A stretch of DNA of 64,000 bases from Salibaculum sp. Its GTDB lineage: Bacteria; Pseudomonadota; Alphaproteobacteria; Rhodobacterales; Rhodobacteraceae. Below the pieces are notes generated by a model. It was not told the DNA's origin, ran no database searches, and saw only the letters and a list, made by a program, of their open reading frames with translations. A program made the translations under genes and the position numbers. The stretch lies in NCBI RefSeq assembly GCF_031581025.1, contig NZ_JAVLCA010000009.1; one strand, 5' to 3'. Below, piece after piece: positions 1 to 10,104 of this stretch (positions are counted from its first letter, which is position 1; the number at the start of each line of letters is the position of its first letter).

Positions 1-1179
1 GAGCGTGGTGCGTTTGACGAAATCCATCACGGACAATCCCGAGGAAAACCGCGCCGACCGCGCCGTCGGCAGGACATGGTTCGGCCCGCCTACGTAATCG
101 CCAATCGCTTCCGGCGTCCAGCCCCCGATGAAGATCGCCCCGGCATGGGCGATCCGGCGCGAGAGCGCCTCAGCATCGGCCACGCATAGCTCCAGGTGTT
201 CGGGGGCGATCCGGTCCGACAGCGCAACCGCCTCGTCCAGGTCGCGCACCACCACCACGGCGCCGAAATCGCGCCAGCTGGCCCCGGCGATGGCGCGCCG
301 TTCCAGCGTTCCCAGCCGGGCCTCGACGGCGCGCGCCACGGCCTGGCCAAACGCCGCATCCGTGGTGATCAGGATCGACTGGGCGCTCTCGTCATGCTCG
401 GCCTGGCTGAGCAGGTCCAGCGCGATCCAGTCGGGATCGTTGTCGCCATCGGCAATCACAAGGATTTCCGATGGTCCCGCGATCATGTCGATCCCAACCT
501 TGCCGAAAACCCGCCGCTTGGCCGCCGCGACAAAGGCATTTCCCGGTCCGGTGATCTTGTCCACAGGGGCAACGGTCTCGGTGCCATAGGCCAGCGCCGC
601 CACGGCCTGCGCGCCGCCCATCCGGTAGATCTCGTCCACCCCGGCCAGGCAGGCGGCCAGCATGACCAGCGGGTTGACCACACCATCGGGCGTGGGCACC
701 GCCATGGCCAGACGTCCGACCCCCGCCACCTTGGCCGGGATCGCATTCATAAGCACCGATGACGGGTAGCTGGCCAAGCCGCCCGGCACATAGAGCCCCG
801 CCGCCGAAACCGGCGTCCAGCGCCAGCCCAGACCCGCCCCCGCTGCGTCCTCCCACCAAGCATCCTCGGGCACCTGGCGTTCGTGATAGGCTCGGATGCG
901 CGCGGCCGCCTGCTCCAGCGCAGCCCGCTGGTCTTCGGGAACGGCGGCGGCATGCCGTGCGATCTCTGCCTCCGACATCCGCAGCTCGTCCGCCGCGAGG
1001 TCCAGCCGGTCGAACCGCGCCGTAAGCTCCAGCAGCGCCGCATCGCCGCGGGCGCGCAGATCGGCGATGATCTCACCGACCGCCTGGTCCACCTCGGGGC
1101 TGTCCTCGCGCTTCATCCCCAGAAGCGCGGCAAAGCCGGTCTCGAAATCGGCATCCTCTGTCGACAGGAAAACGGGCAT
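1..1179 (-). CDS. hisD: histidinol dehydrogenase (3' end runs off the window start)
   Basis: Absent from the ORF track because no stop lies in the window. Manual translation from ATG 1179 gives MPVFLSTEDADFETGFAALLGMKREDSPEV... and ends GLSVMDFVKRTTL at base 1. Follows murA-DUF2948, the usual alphaproteobacterial order. Confidence 0.93.
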   Translation of the reverse strand, partial: MPVFLSTEDADFETGFAALLGMKREDSPEVDQAVGEIIADLRARGDAALLELTARFDRLDLAADELRMSEAEIARHAAAVPEDQRAALEQAAARIRAYHERQVPEDAWWEDAAGAGLGWRWTPVSAAGLYVPGGLASYPSSVLMNAIPAKVAGVGRLAMAVPTPDGVVNPLVMLAACLAGVDEIYRMGGAQAVAALAYGTETVAPVDKITGPGNAFVAAAKRRVFGKVGIDMIAGPSEILVIADGDNDPDWIALDLLSQAEHDESAQSILITTDAAFGQAVARAVEARLGTLERRAIAGASWRDFGAVVVVRDLDEAVALSDRIAPEHLELCVADAEALSRRIAHAGAIFIGGWTPEAIGDYVGGPNHVLPTARSARFSSGLSVMDFVKRTTL

Positions 1180-1241
1180 GGGCTTTCTCCTTTGCCCGTT
1201 CCCATACAAATCCCGCACCCAAGCCGCAATGCGGCACCCGG

Positions 1242-1304
1242 CTTCTTTGGGTCGAAAATACCGCGGGGGAGTCCGCGCCCCGCGCGGACGGGGGCAGCGC
1301 CCCC
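1242..1304 (+). repeat. REP-like intergenic element, copy A
   Basis: CTTCTTTGG..AAAATACCGCGGGGG, an inner hairpin GTCCGCGC-ccc-GCGCGGAC, then GGGGGC-agc-GCCCCC. Same architecture as 28244-28288. Confidence 0.55.
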
Positions 1305-1396
1305 GGCACCGGCCCCACCTGCGCGCCGCGCGAAACAGGGCGGCGCGGTCCCGATGTCGGACTGAACAGCGCGCGCAAGCGCTCAATTCGGCAATG

Positions 1397-1879
1397 CTAC
1401 CCCTCGGGGTGGGTCGGACGCGCCCCGGACGGCGCCGCATAGGGCCGGGTCACATCACGCAGCACGGCCTCCAGCGCCTCGACCTGCAGACGGATCGCGC
1501 CATCGCCGGCCAGCGTCAGCAGCACCTGCCCCGTCCCGTCCGGGCCCGGCTCGAACTGCACGGAGAGAAGCGACAGGACCGTCTCGCTGTCCCCCGGGGC
1601 CACGCCCTGGCTCTGCACCGAGAGCACATCCTCGAAGGCCAGCACCGATTGCACCCGCTCATAGGGGCGGCCCCGGGCCTCGGCCCGCGGCGCATCCTCC
1701 CAGCGGAACCGGTTGAGCAACAGCCCGAAACGCCGCGCGCCAGTTTCCCAGCGCATCTCGCTGCCCGGAAAGACGGCGTCCTGGACCAGTCCCGAGATCA
1801 CCGCAAGGTCATCAGTATCCAGCGCCCGCAGGCGCAGTGGACGCTCGGCCCCGTCCTCGAATCTCGCATCCTCGCTCAT
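1397..1879 (-). CDS. DUF2948 family protein
   Basis: [36 protein letters not shown] motif; located between murA and hisD. Confidence 0.85.
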   Translation of the reverse strand: MSEDARFEDGAERPLRLRALDTDDLAVISGLVQDAVFPGSEMRWETGARRFGLLLNRFRWEDAPRAEARGRPYERVQSVLAFEDVLSVQSQGVAPGDSETVLSLLSVQFEPGPDGTGQVLLTLAGDGAIRLQVEALEAVLRDVTRPYAAPSGARPTHPEG

Positions 1880-3144
1880 CGCCCCGGCACCCGCTCGATA
1901 TCCGCGCCGACCCGGCCCAGCTTGTCCTCGACCGCCTCGTAGCCACGGTCCAGGTGGTAGACGCGGTTGACCTGGGTCTCGCCCTCGGCGGCAAGCCCGG
2001 CCAGGATCAACGAGACGCTGGCGCGCAGGTCGGTCGCCATGACCGGCGCGCCCTTCAGTGCCGGCACGCCCTGCACCGTCGCCGTGCCGCCCTGCACCTC
2101 GATCTCAGCGCCCATGCGCATCAATTCCGGCGCATGCATGAAGCGGTTCTCGAAGATGCGCTCCTCCAGGACCGAGGTGCCCTCGGCAAAGCAGAGCATG
2201 GCCATCATCTGCGCCTGCAGGTCCGTGGGAAAGCCCGGGAAGGGCGCGGTGGTCACATCCACCGCCCGGGGGCGGCCGTTGCGGCGCGCCACGTGCAGAC
2301 CCTTGGCCGTCTCCTGCACATGCACGTCTGCCTCTTCCAGCTTTTCCGCGAAGGCGCCGACCAGGCCCAGGCTGCCGCCCAGGCAGGTCACCTCGCCCCC
2401 CGCGATCACCGGGGCCAGCATGTAGGTGCCCAGCTCGATCCGGTCGGTCACGACCGGATGGGTCGCACCATGCAGACGGTCGACCCCCTCGATGGTGATC
2501 TCAGAGGTGCCGTCGCCGCTGATCCGCGCGCCCATCTTGCGTAGGCAGGTGGCCAGATCGACGATCTCGGGCTCGCGCGCGGTGTTCGTCATGACCGTGG
2601 TGCCCTTGGCAAGGGTGGCGGCCATCATCACGTTTTCCGTGGCCCCGACCGAGGCAAAGGGGAAATCCACCCGCGCGCCCGCCAGACCACGCGGCGCGCT
2701 GGCGTGCAGATAGCCGTCCTTCAGCTCGATCTCGGCGCCCAGCGCCTCGAGCCCGTGGATATGGATATCCATGGGCCGCGCGCCGATGGCACATCCCCCA
2801 GGCAGGGAGACAACCGCGCGCCCCGCGCGCGCCAGCAGCGGACCGAGGACAAGGTTCGAGGCCCGCATCTTGCGCACGATGTCGTAGTCGGCGACGTGGT
2901 TGATCTCGCCGTGGCAGGCCATGGCCTGCACGCGCCCGTCCTGAAGCGCCGACACCTCGGTCCCCAGCGACTGCAGCAGGGTCGTCATCGTCTTGATGTC
3001 CGACAGCCGCGGCGTGTTGGTCAGCGTCAGCGGCTCCTCGCTGAGCAGCGCCGCGGGCATCAGCGCCAGCGCCGCGTTCTTGGCCCCGGCGATCTCGATC
3101 TCGCCCGACAGGGGCGCGCCGCCGCGAATGATGATGGAGTCCAT
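1876..3144 (-). CDS. murA: UDP-N-acetylglucosamine 1-carboxyvinyltransferase
   Basis: [18 protein letters not shown] (catalytic Cys loop), [21 protein letters not shown]. Confidence 0.98.
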   Translation of the reverse strand: MDSIIIRGGAPLSGEIEIAGAKNAALALMPAALLSEEPLTLTNTPRLSDIKTMTTLLQSLGTEVSALQDGRVQAMACHGEINHVADYDIVRKMRASNLVLGPLLARAGRAVVSLPGGCAIGARPMDIHIHGLEALGAEIELKDGYLHASAPRGLAGARVDFPFASVGATENVMMAATLAKGTTVMTNTAREPEIVDLATCLRKMGARISGDGTSEITIEGVDRLHGATHPVVTDRIELGTYMLAPVIAGGEVTCLGGSLGLVGAFAEKLEEADVHVQETAKGLHVARRNGRPRAVDVTTAPFPGFPTDLQAQMMAMLCFAEGTSVLEERIFENRFMHAPELMRMGAEIEVQGGTATVQGVPALKGAPVMATDLRASVSLILAGLAAEGETQVNRVYHLDRGYEAVEDKLGRVGADIERVPGR

Positions 3145-3150
3145 GTCTGC

Positions 3151-3318
3151 CTACTCTTTGTCCTGGGCCTTGCCCGTGTCCGACCCGTCATCCGATGCGG
3201 CCCGCCCCCGCGCCTGCCGCTTGCGGCGTTGCAGGTTGGCCTTCAGAGCCGCCTTGAGCCGCGCGTCGCGGTCCTGATCGGGCTTTCGGGGTGACTTGGG
3301 GTCGGTTTTTCCGCTCAT
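3151..3318 (-). CDS. small basic hypothetical protein (55 aa) upstream of murA
   Basis: Manual translation MSGKTDPKSPRKPDQDRDARLKAALKANLQRRKRQARGRAASDDGSDTGKAQDKE; GAGGGG SD-like sequence upstream; stop 6 nt before the murA ATG; below the ORF-track cutoff. Confidence 0.7.
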   Translation of the reverse strand: MSGKTDPKSPRKPDQDRDARLKAALKANLQRRKRQARGRAASDDGSDTGKAQDKE

Positions 3319-3362
3319 GGCACCCCCTCTACAGTGCCGCGCAAAAACCGTCCAGAGAGGGC

Positions 3363-3391
3363 TTGCACGGCGGCGGGTTTAGGTCTAATCC
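3363..3391 (+). promoter_or_regulatory. sigma70-type promoter of tRNA-Thr
   Basis: TTGCAC-N17-TAATCC ending 13 nt before the tRNA 5' end. Confidence 0.5.
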
Positions 3392-3404
3392 CGCCGCGCA
3401 CGGC

Positions 3405-3479
<75 letters not shown>

Positions 3480-3585
3480 GATGCCCCGCGATCAGGGCTA
3501 CTGTTCACCGATCATTGGCAGTCGACAGAGAGGGCCCTGCCCCGTTACAGGCGCTACGTGCCCGATGGTCCGTCGGTTTCGCGGC

Positions 3586-5469
3586 CTACCCCGCCCAAGC
3601 CCAGGGCCGGGTGTAGGTGCCCAACGCCTTCTGGACGTCCGCATCGGTTACGGTGCCGGTCTTGCGCAGGTAGCAGACCAGGCCGAGTTTGCTGTCCTCG
3701 TCCACGCGGTCCACCTCGGCCGCGACCTCGGCAGAGGCCAGCGCCGCGCCGTAGACCCGGGCGATGGCCAGCTTGCGCAGCTCGTTCTTGAGCGTCTTGC
3801 CCACGGCCGTCTTGGGCAGTTCGGGAAGGATATCAAGATACTTGATATGCGCCGCGCGTTCATGGATGCGGTCATTGGCGAACAGCATCAGTTCGTCCTC
3901 GGAGACCTTTGCACCGTCGACCAGTTCGACGTAGGCGCAGGGCAGTTCGCCCGCGTGGGCATCGGGCTGGCCGATGGCGGCGGCAAAGGCCACGGCCGCG
4001 TGGCCCGCCAGCGCCTCCTCGATCTCGGCGGGGTCGATGTTGTGACCGCCGCGAATGATCAGGTCCTTGGCGCGGCCCGTGATCCAGAGATAGCCGTCCT
4101 CGTCGATCCGGCCCAGATCGCCGGTGCGCAGGTAGCGGTCGTGATGGAACAAACCGTTGTTCTTCTCGGTCTGGGTATAGGTCTTGCCCTCGAAGACCCC
4201 GGGGCTGTCGACGCAGATCTCGCCGATCTGGTTGACGCGCGCCTCGGCCGGCCCGTCCGAGGTGTGATTGAGAATGCGCACGTCCGAATGGGGAAACGGC
4301 AGGCCGATGGAGCCGACGCGCTTTTCCCCGTCGGGCGGGTTGATCGAGACCAGGCAGGTGGCCTCGGTCAGCCCGTAGCCCTCGCAGATAGTCACGTCGG
4401 CGGCCTCTTCGAAGCGGCGGTAAAGCTCCAGCGGCAGGGGGGACGAACCGCAGAAGACCAGTCGCAGCGAAGAAATGTCAGCATCCACCTTGCGCTGCAT
4501 CATGGCTGACAGGGCCGTGGGCACCCCGATCAGGAAGGTCGCGTTGTAGCGTTCGATCAGCTTCCACAGGTTGTCGAAGACCCCGTCCCCGCGATAGCCC
4601 TGCGGGGTGGGAAAGACGATATGCGCCCCCGAGCCCAGCGAGGCCCCCAGCGACACGATGGTCGCGAAGACATGGAACATGGGCAGCGGCGTCATCTGCA
4701 CATCCGTCTCGGTGAACAAAAGCCGCTGGCCCAGCCAGGCGTTGTATATGATCCCCGAATAGCGGTGCTGGGCGACCTTGGGCATGCCGGTGGTGCCGCC
4801 GGTGTGGAAATAGGCGGCGATCCGGTCGCCCATGCTGTCGTCAAAGGCCAGAACGGGGGCGTGCCGGTCCAGCTCGGCATTGAAGTCGATGACCTTCGCC
4901 TGGTGATTGACGGGGGTCTTGGGACGCAGCAGCGGGACGATGAATTTCTTGATCCCGGTGATGTAGCGCAGCAGGTCGACCTCGAGCACGGTTTCCACGT
5001 TGGGGGCCAGCGCCACCGCCTCGACGGCCTTCTGGGCCACGTCGGTCTTGGGAAAGGCCCTGAGCGTGACCAGGACCTTGGCGTCGGTCTCGCGCAGGAT
5101 GGCGGCGATCTGCTCGGGCTCCAGCAGGGGGTTGATCGGGTTGACGATCCCGGCCACGGCACCGCCCAGATAGGTCAGCGCCGCCTCGGTGCAGTTGGGC
5201 AACAGGAAGGCGACGACGTCATCTTCGCCTACGCCCAGCCCGCGAAACATGTTGGCCGCCTGGCTGACCCGGTCCTTGAGGCCGGTCCAGGTCAGCGTCT
5301 CGGCCGGCGCCTTCGAGTCCGAGAACATCTGGAAGGTCAAGGCGTTGCGCCGGCCGTGCGCGGCCTCGGTGCGCGACAGCAACTGGTAGAGCGTCACCGG
5401 CATGTCGCGCTCTTCCCACGGCATTTCCTGCTCAATCGCATCGCGATCGGCCATCGAGGCAAAGCTCAT
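3586..5469 (-). CDS. acyl-CoA synthetase / AMP-binding enzyme
   Basis: YFHTGGTTGMPK AMP-binding motif, EGYGLTE, RTGDLG, GRAKDLIIRGGHNIDP, LPKTAVGK. Confidence 0.93.
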   Translation of the reverse strand: MSFASMADRDAIEQEMPWEERDMPVTLYQLLSRTEAAHGRRNALTFQMFSDSKAPAETLTWTGLKDRVSQAANMFRGLGVGEDDVVAFLLPNCTEAALTYLGGAVAGIVNPINPLLEPEQIAAILRETDAKVLVTLRAFPKTDVAQKAVEAVALAPNVETVLEVDLLRYITGIKKFIVPLLRPKTPVNHQAKVIDFNAELDRHAPVLAFDDSMGDRIAAYFHTGGTTGMPKVAQHRYSGIIYNAWLGQRLLFTETDVQMTPLPMFHVFATIVSLGASLGSGAHIVFPTPQGYRGDGVFDNLWKLIERYNATFLIGVPTALSAMMQRKVDADISSLRLVFCGSSPLPLELYRRFEEAADVTICEGYGLTEATCLVSINPPDGEKRVGSIGLPFPHSDVRILNHTSDGPAEARVNQIGEICVDSPGVFEGKTYTQTEKNNGLFHHDRYLRTGDLGRIDEDGYLWITGRAKDLIIRGGHNIDPAEIEEALAGHAAVAFAAAIGQPDAHAGELPCAYVELVDGAKVSEDELMLFANDRIHERAAHIKYLDILPELPKTAVGKTLKNELRKLAIARVYGAALASAEVAAEVDRVDEDSKLGLVCYLRKTGTVTDADVQKALGTYTRPWAWAG

Positions 5470-5651
5470 GGTCGTCTCCTCCCTGAAAGACCGCCGAACC
5501 CCTGTCCGGCCGGTGATCGTTCCGAAAGAGGATGATTGCGCCGCGTGGACAACGCAAGAGTGACGCGGCGAAATTCACGCCCGCGCTATGCGCATGTTCC
5601 GGGTCGCTCGGGGCGAACCGCCGGCGCATCTTCCGGCGCAGGAGACGTGCC

Positions 5652-6245
5652 ATGACCGAACTCACCCTTGCCCTTGTGCTGTTTCTCTTCCCGCTGGCCT
5701 ACAGCCCCGGACCCGGCAACCTGTTCTTCGCGGCCAACGGCGCGCGCTTCGGGGTTCGGGCCACCCTGCCAGCCTTTCTCGGCTACCACCTTGCGACGTG
5801 GCTGGTTACGCTGGCCATCGGCCTCGGGCTGATCGGCACTCTGGCCGCTGCGCCGGCGCTGGCGCGGGCGCTGCAATTGGCCGGGGCCGTCTATGTCGGC
5901 TGGCTGGCGCTGCGCTTCTTGCGGGCCGGGGCCCTCGAAGGCGCGGGCGATCCCCGCCCGGCCAGCCTGTGGGACGGCGCGCTGCTGGTTGTGCTGAACC
6001 CCAAGGCCTATGTCATCATCGTGTTGATGTTCACGCAATTCGCGCCCCTGACGGCCGATGTCCCCGGCGCGACGCTGCTCATCACCTCGGTCTTCACGCT
6101 CAACAATTTCGTGGCGTTCATGGTCTGGACGCTGGCGGGCGACGTGCTGGGGCGCTGGTTCCGCACGGACACGTCCGCTAGGGCCCTGAATTTCGGCTTT
6201 GGCCTGCTGCTGATCGGTGTGGCGCTCTGGCTGCTGGCCACCTGA
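5652..6245 (+). CDS. LysE family translocator
   Basis: SPGPGN motif, GAVYVGWLA, NPKAY, highly hydrophobic; GGAG RBS before ATG 5652. Confidence 0.9.
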   Translation: MTELTLALVLFLFPLAYSPGPGNLFFAANGARFGVRATLPAFLGYHLATWLVTLAIGLGLIGTLAAAPALARALQLAGAVYVGWLALRFLRAGALEGAGDPRPASLWDGALLVVLNPKAYVIIVLMFTQFAPLTADVPGATLLITSVFTLNNFVAFMVWTLAGDVLGRWFRTDTSARALNFGFGLLLIGVALWLLAT

Positions 6246-6250
6246 GCGGA

Positions 6251-8041
6251 TCACTCGGCCGCCATGCCTTCGGTGAACTGCAACCGCGCCAGCCGGGCGT
6301 AAAGCCCGCCCTCGGCCACCAGTGCGTCATGCGTGCCCTGGGCGACGATCCGGCCCGCCTCGAAAACCACGATGCGGTCGGCCTTCTTCACCGTGGCGAG
6401 CCGGTGGGCGACGATCAGCGTGGTGCGGTCCCGCGACAGGGTATCGACGGCGTGCTGCACCGCGCGTTCGCTTTCGGCGTCCAGCGCGCTTGTGGCCTCG
6501 TCCAGCAGCAGCACCGGCGCGTCGCGCAGGATGGCGCGGGCGATGGCGATGCGCTGTTTCTGCCCGCCCGAGAGCATCACGCCGCGTTCCCCGACATAGC
6601 TGTCGTAACCCTGCGGCAAGGCCTGCAGGAAGTCGTCGGCGGCGGCCGCACGGGCGGCGGCTTCGACCTCGGCATCGGTGGCCTCGGGGCGGCCGAAGCG
6701 GATGTTCTCGCGCGCGGTCTCGGCAAAGATCACCGGGTCCTGCGGGACCAGCGCGATATGGCGGCGGAAGTCGGCCCGGGCCATGTCGCGCAGGTTCACA
6801 CCGTCCAGCCGCACAGCCCCGCCTTCGGGGTCATAAAAGCGCAGCAGAAGCTGGATGATCGTCGTCTTGCCCGCGCCCGAGGGGCCGACCAGCGCCACAG
6901 TCTCGCCGGGGTTCACCGTCAGGTCTATGCCGTTCAGCGCCCGTTGCCCGGGGCGCGCGGGATAGCTGAAGGTCACCCCATCGAAGACGATCTCGCCCCG
7001 GCGTGCCTCGGGGGCCGGGAGGGGGTCGGCCGGGTCCTGCACCGCATCCTCGGACCGGAGCAATTCGACCAGCCGCTCGGTCGCGCCCGCGGCGCGCTGC
7101 AATTCGCCCCAGATCTCGGTCAGGGCACCAACGGCCCCGGCCACCATGACCGAGTAGATGACGAATTGCACCAGTTCACCGATCGACATCTGGTCGGCGC
7201 GCACATCGCGCGCGCCAATCCAGAGGACACCCACCACCCCGGCGAAGACCAGAAAGATCACGATGGCCGTCATCAGCGCCCGCACCCCGATGCGGCGGCG
7301 CGCGGCGACAAAGCTCTTCTCGGTGACATCGTGGAACCGGGCACGGCTCAGGCCCTCGTGGGTGAAGGCCTGTACGGTCTGGGCCGCCTGCAACCCCTCC
7401 GAGGCATTGCCCGACGAGGCCGCGATCCAGTCCTGGTTCTCGCGGCTCAGGCTGCGCAGGCGCCGGCCCAGAAGCACGATGGGCACGATCACCGCCGGCA
7501 CCACCAGCAGCACCAGACCGGTCAGCTTGCCCGAGGTAAAGAGCATCAGCACCAACCCGCCCAGAAAGATCAGCAGGTTGCGCAGCGCAATGGACACCGA
7601 AGAACTGATGACGCTGAGGATCAGCGTCGTATCGGTGGTGATCCGGCTGAGCACCTCGCCGGTCATGATTCGCTCGTAGAAGGCGGGCGACATGGCGATC
7701 ATGCGGTCGTAGACGGCCGTTCTGATGTCGGCGACCACCCGCTCGCCAAGCCGCGTGACAAGGTAGTAGCGCACCGCCGTTCCCAGCGCCAGCAACCCGG
7801 CGATCAGCAGCGCAGCGGCAAAATAGTCATCCAGCAACCGGCCGGCGGCGGTTTCGAAATTGTCGACCACGCGGCGCACGGCGAGGGGCAGCGTGAGCGC
7901 GACAAACGCCGTCGAGACAAGCGCTACGATCGCCGCCGTCATCATCGCGCGGTAGGGGCGCAGGAAGGGCCACAACTCGGCCAGCGCCCCTACCCGGCGA
8001 GATTTCGCGCGGTCGTCCTCTGTGCTGTGGGGCGGTGCCAT
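6251..8041 (-). CDS. ABC exporter, fused TM + ATPase domains (MsbA-like)
   Basis: N-terminal TM helices, GPSGAGKT Walker A, LSGGQKQR signature, LLLDEATSALD, AHRL. Confidence 0.95.
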   Translation of the reverse strand: MAPPHSTEDDRAKSRRVGALAELWPFLRPYRAMMTAAIVALVSTAFVALTLPLAVRRVVDNFETAAGRLLDDYFAAALLIAGLLALGTAVRYYLVTRLGERVVADIRTAVYDRMIAMSPAFYERIMTGEVLSRITTDTTLILSVISSSVSIALRNLLIFLGGLVLMLFTSGKLTGLVLLVVPAVIVPIVLLGRRLRSLSRENQDWIAASSGNASEGLQAAQTVQAFTHEGLSRARFHDVTEKSFVAARRRIGVRALMTAIVIFLVFAGVVGVLWIGARDVRADQMSIGELVQFVIYSVMVAGAVGALTEIWGELQRAAGATERLVELLRSEDAVQDPADPLPAPEARRGEIVFDGVTFSYPARPGQRALNGIDLTVNPGETVALVGPSGAGKTTIIQLLLRFYDPEGGAVRLDGVNLRDMARADFRRHIALVPQDPVIFAETARENIRFGRPEATDAEVEAAARAAAADDFLQALPQGYDSYVGERGVMLSGGQKQRIAIARAILRDAPVLLLDEATSALDAESERAVQHAVDTLSRDRTTLIVAHRLATVKKADRIVVFEAGRIVAQGTHDALVAEGGLYARLARLQFTEGMAAE

Positions 8042-8160
8042 GGGGAACCCGTTCGTCGCGTCGTCGCCGGTGGCTTAGCGACAGGTCCTGCAAAGCACAA
8101 GTCCGAGCCACCATGACCCGTGCAGCAAGGCCGCGTGAAATAAGGTCATCGGGGCGGAAC

Positions 8161-8234
8161 TGGAGCGGGTAGCGGGAATCGAACCCGCACCAAGAGCTTG
8201 GAAGGCTCGTGTGATACCATTTCACCATACCCGC
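8161..8234 (-). tRNA. tRNA-Gly (anticodon TCC)
   Basis: Reverse complement GCGGGTATGGTGAAATGGTATCACACGAGCCTTCCAAGCTCTTGGTGCGGGTTCGATTCCCGCTACCCGCTCCA folds as a 74-nt cloverleaf with CCA. Confidence 0.96.
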
Positions 8235-8417
8235 TCGGGACAGCGGATAGCTATTTGATCGATGCCGACGGGTCAAGCCGAAGCTTCCGACACCCATTTC
8301 CTGCGCGTGATGCCCCGCGGAGGCTGACGCGGCCGCCCGTCGCGCGCTGGACTCTGGCCCCGGCGGCCAAAACAGCCTATCTGGTTGGTTGGCAATCGAT
8401 CCCGGAGGACACCGCCC

Positions 8418-8993
8418 ATGCCGCCCCGCAACCAGGCTGCGCTCGATTTCCTGCTCAAGCGGCGGTCACGCCCCGCAAAGACGCTGACCACCCCGGTGCC
8501 CAACCGGCTTGAGCTCGACCAGCTTCTGACCGCCGCCGCGCGCACGCCCGACCATGGCAAGCTGGAGCCCTGGCGCTTTGTCGTGCTCGACCGGGCTGTC
8601 CTGCAACGTCTGGCCGATGTGATCCCGCAACGCCATGCCGCTCAGGGTCTGCCCGAAGAGCAGCTTGAAAAGGGCCTTGCACAGTTCCGAGACGGCGACC
8701 TCGTGGTCGCGGTGATCGAAAGCCCGGTGTTGTCCGACAAGATCCCCGCAATCGAGCAGACCTATTCGGCTGGCGCGGCCTGCCTGGCGCTGCTCAACGC
8801 GGCCCTGGCCGCGGGCTGGGGGGCGAACTGGCTGACGGGCTGGCCGGTGCATGACCGGACCTTCGTGGAAACCCATCTTGGCCTGACCCCGACCGAGCGG
8901 GTCGCGGGCCTGATCCATATCGGCACCGAGACCACTGCGCCGCCCGAACGCCCCCGCCCGGACCTGAGCCGGAAAGTGACCTTTCTCGAATGA
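8418..8993 (+). CDS. nitroreductase family protein (YdjA-like)
   Basis: RRS, AARTPDHGKLEPWRF, GWGANWLTGW, G.IHIGT; GGAGG RBS before ATG 8418. Confidence 0.9.
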   Translation: MPPRNQAALDFLLKRRSRPAKTLTTPVPNRLELDQLLTAAARTPDHGKLEPWRFVVLDRAVLQRLADVIPQRHAAQGLPEEQLEKGLAQFRDGDLVVAVIESPVLSDKIPAIEQTYSAGAACLALLNAALAAGWGANWLTGWPVHDRTFVETHLGLTPTERVAGLIHIGTETTAPPERPRPDLSRKVTFLE

Positions 8994-9697
8994 TCCTGTC
9001 AGACTTCCTGAAGGCTCTGGGCCAGATCGGCGATCCTCGGTTCCGCAGGGTGCTATGGTGGGGCGTCGGGTTGACCCTGGCGCTGCTCGTGGCCGCATAC
9101 GCGGGCCTTCTGCAACTGGTCGCGCTTCTGGACCCCGGCTCGGTCGCGATCCCGGGCATCGGCCCGGTCACCTGGATCGGCGACCTTATGACTTGGGGCA
9201 GTGCATTCTTCATGCTGGTGCTGTCGGTCTTCCTGATGATTCCCGTCGCCTCGGCCATCACATCCATGTTTCTCGACGACGTGGCCCAGGCCGTGGAGGA
9301 CCGCCACTACCCGCACCTGCCGCCGCTGGGCCGGCAAAGCCTCTGGGAGGCCTTCCGCGACACCGTCAGTTTCCTGGGCGTGCTGATCGGGGCCAATCTG
9401 CTGGCGATCTTCGGCTATATGATGCTGCCCTTTGCCGCGCCCTTCATCTTTTATGCGCTTAACGGGTTCCTGCTGGGCCGCGAGTATTTCACCGTTGCCG
9501 CCATGCGCCGCGAGGGGCGCGCGGGCGCCGATGCCATGCGCCGGGAGAACCTGCCGCAGATCTGGATGGCCGGGGTCCTGATGGCGCTGCCGCTGACCGT
9601 GCCGATCATGAACCTCTTCATTCCGATTCTCGGCGCGGCGACCTTCACGCATCTCTACCACCGGCTGGCGGGCACGGCGCCGGGCCCGTCAGGCTGA
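8990..9697 (+). CDS. EI24/CysZ-like membrane protein
   Basis: FLDDVAQAVE..HYP, NGFLLGREYF, P..NL.IP.LGAA.FTH; ATGA overlap with the nitroreductase. Confidence 0.85.
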   Translation: MILSDFLKALGQIGDPRFRRVLWWGVGLTLALLVAAYAGLLQLVALLDPGSVAIPGIGPVTWIGDLMTWGSAFFMLVLSVFLMIPVASAITSMFLDDVAQAVEDRHYPHLPPLGRQSLWEAFRDTVSFLGVLIGANLLAIFGYMMLPFAAPFIFYALNGFLLGREYFTVAAMRREGRAGADAMRRENLPQIWMAGVLMALPLTVPIMNLFIPILGAATFTHLYHRLAGTAPGPSG

Positions 9698-9952
9698 TCC
9701 GTCCCGGCCGGAGGCGCGCCCCTCGGGCTTGAGCCGATAGACCCCCTCGGGCAGGTCCAGCGCCATGGCAAGGTCGCGCAATTGCGCCATCGACAGCGTC
9801 ACGCGCATCACCGCGTCGCAGCGCGCGTCCCATTGTTCCACGGTCACGCACTCCTCGAAGCCGTTGATTGTCACGTCCTCCTGCAAATACGTGCGGCCCT
9901 CATCGACGAGGGTGACGACGGTGGCGTCGAAATCGTGCTCGATCGTGAACAT
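9689..9952 (-). CDS. hypothetical protein (87 aa)
   Basis: MFTIEHDFDATVVTLVDEG...LAMALDLPEGVYRL; CAGGAG RBS upstream; plausible codon usage. Confidence 0.7.
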   Translation of the reverse strand: MFTIEHDFDATVVTLVDEGRTYLQEDVTINGFEECVTVEQWDARCDAVMRVTLSMAQLRDLAMALDLPEGVYRLKPEGRASGRDGSA

Positions 9953-10104
9953 GGGCGCGGCTCCTGTCCGGGCGGGGCGTCCGGGGCAGTCTTTCGCCCA
10001 TGGCCGCGATGTCAAGGCGCGCGGGTCTGGCGCAGCCCGCCGGGGGTATTATATCGGGCCGCAGCGGGCAGACGGGATGCCGGGCTGACGGGAGGCAATG
10101 CGCA

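Noticed and set aside
6329-8116. Very long antisense or alternative-frame ORFs (e.g. 6329-8116, 12338-14488, 19097-20962, 47039-48028, 51627-53792, 61528-63318)
   Set aside because: They shadow well-supported genes, lack family motifs and are expected in high-GC DNA where stop codons are scarce.
8161-8234. C-U mismatch at the top of the tRNA-Gly anticodon stem
   Set aside because: All other arms and the CCA are intact; a single terminal mismatch is common and does not indicate a pseudogene.
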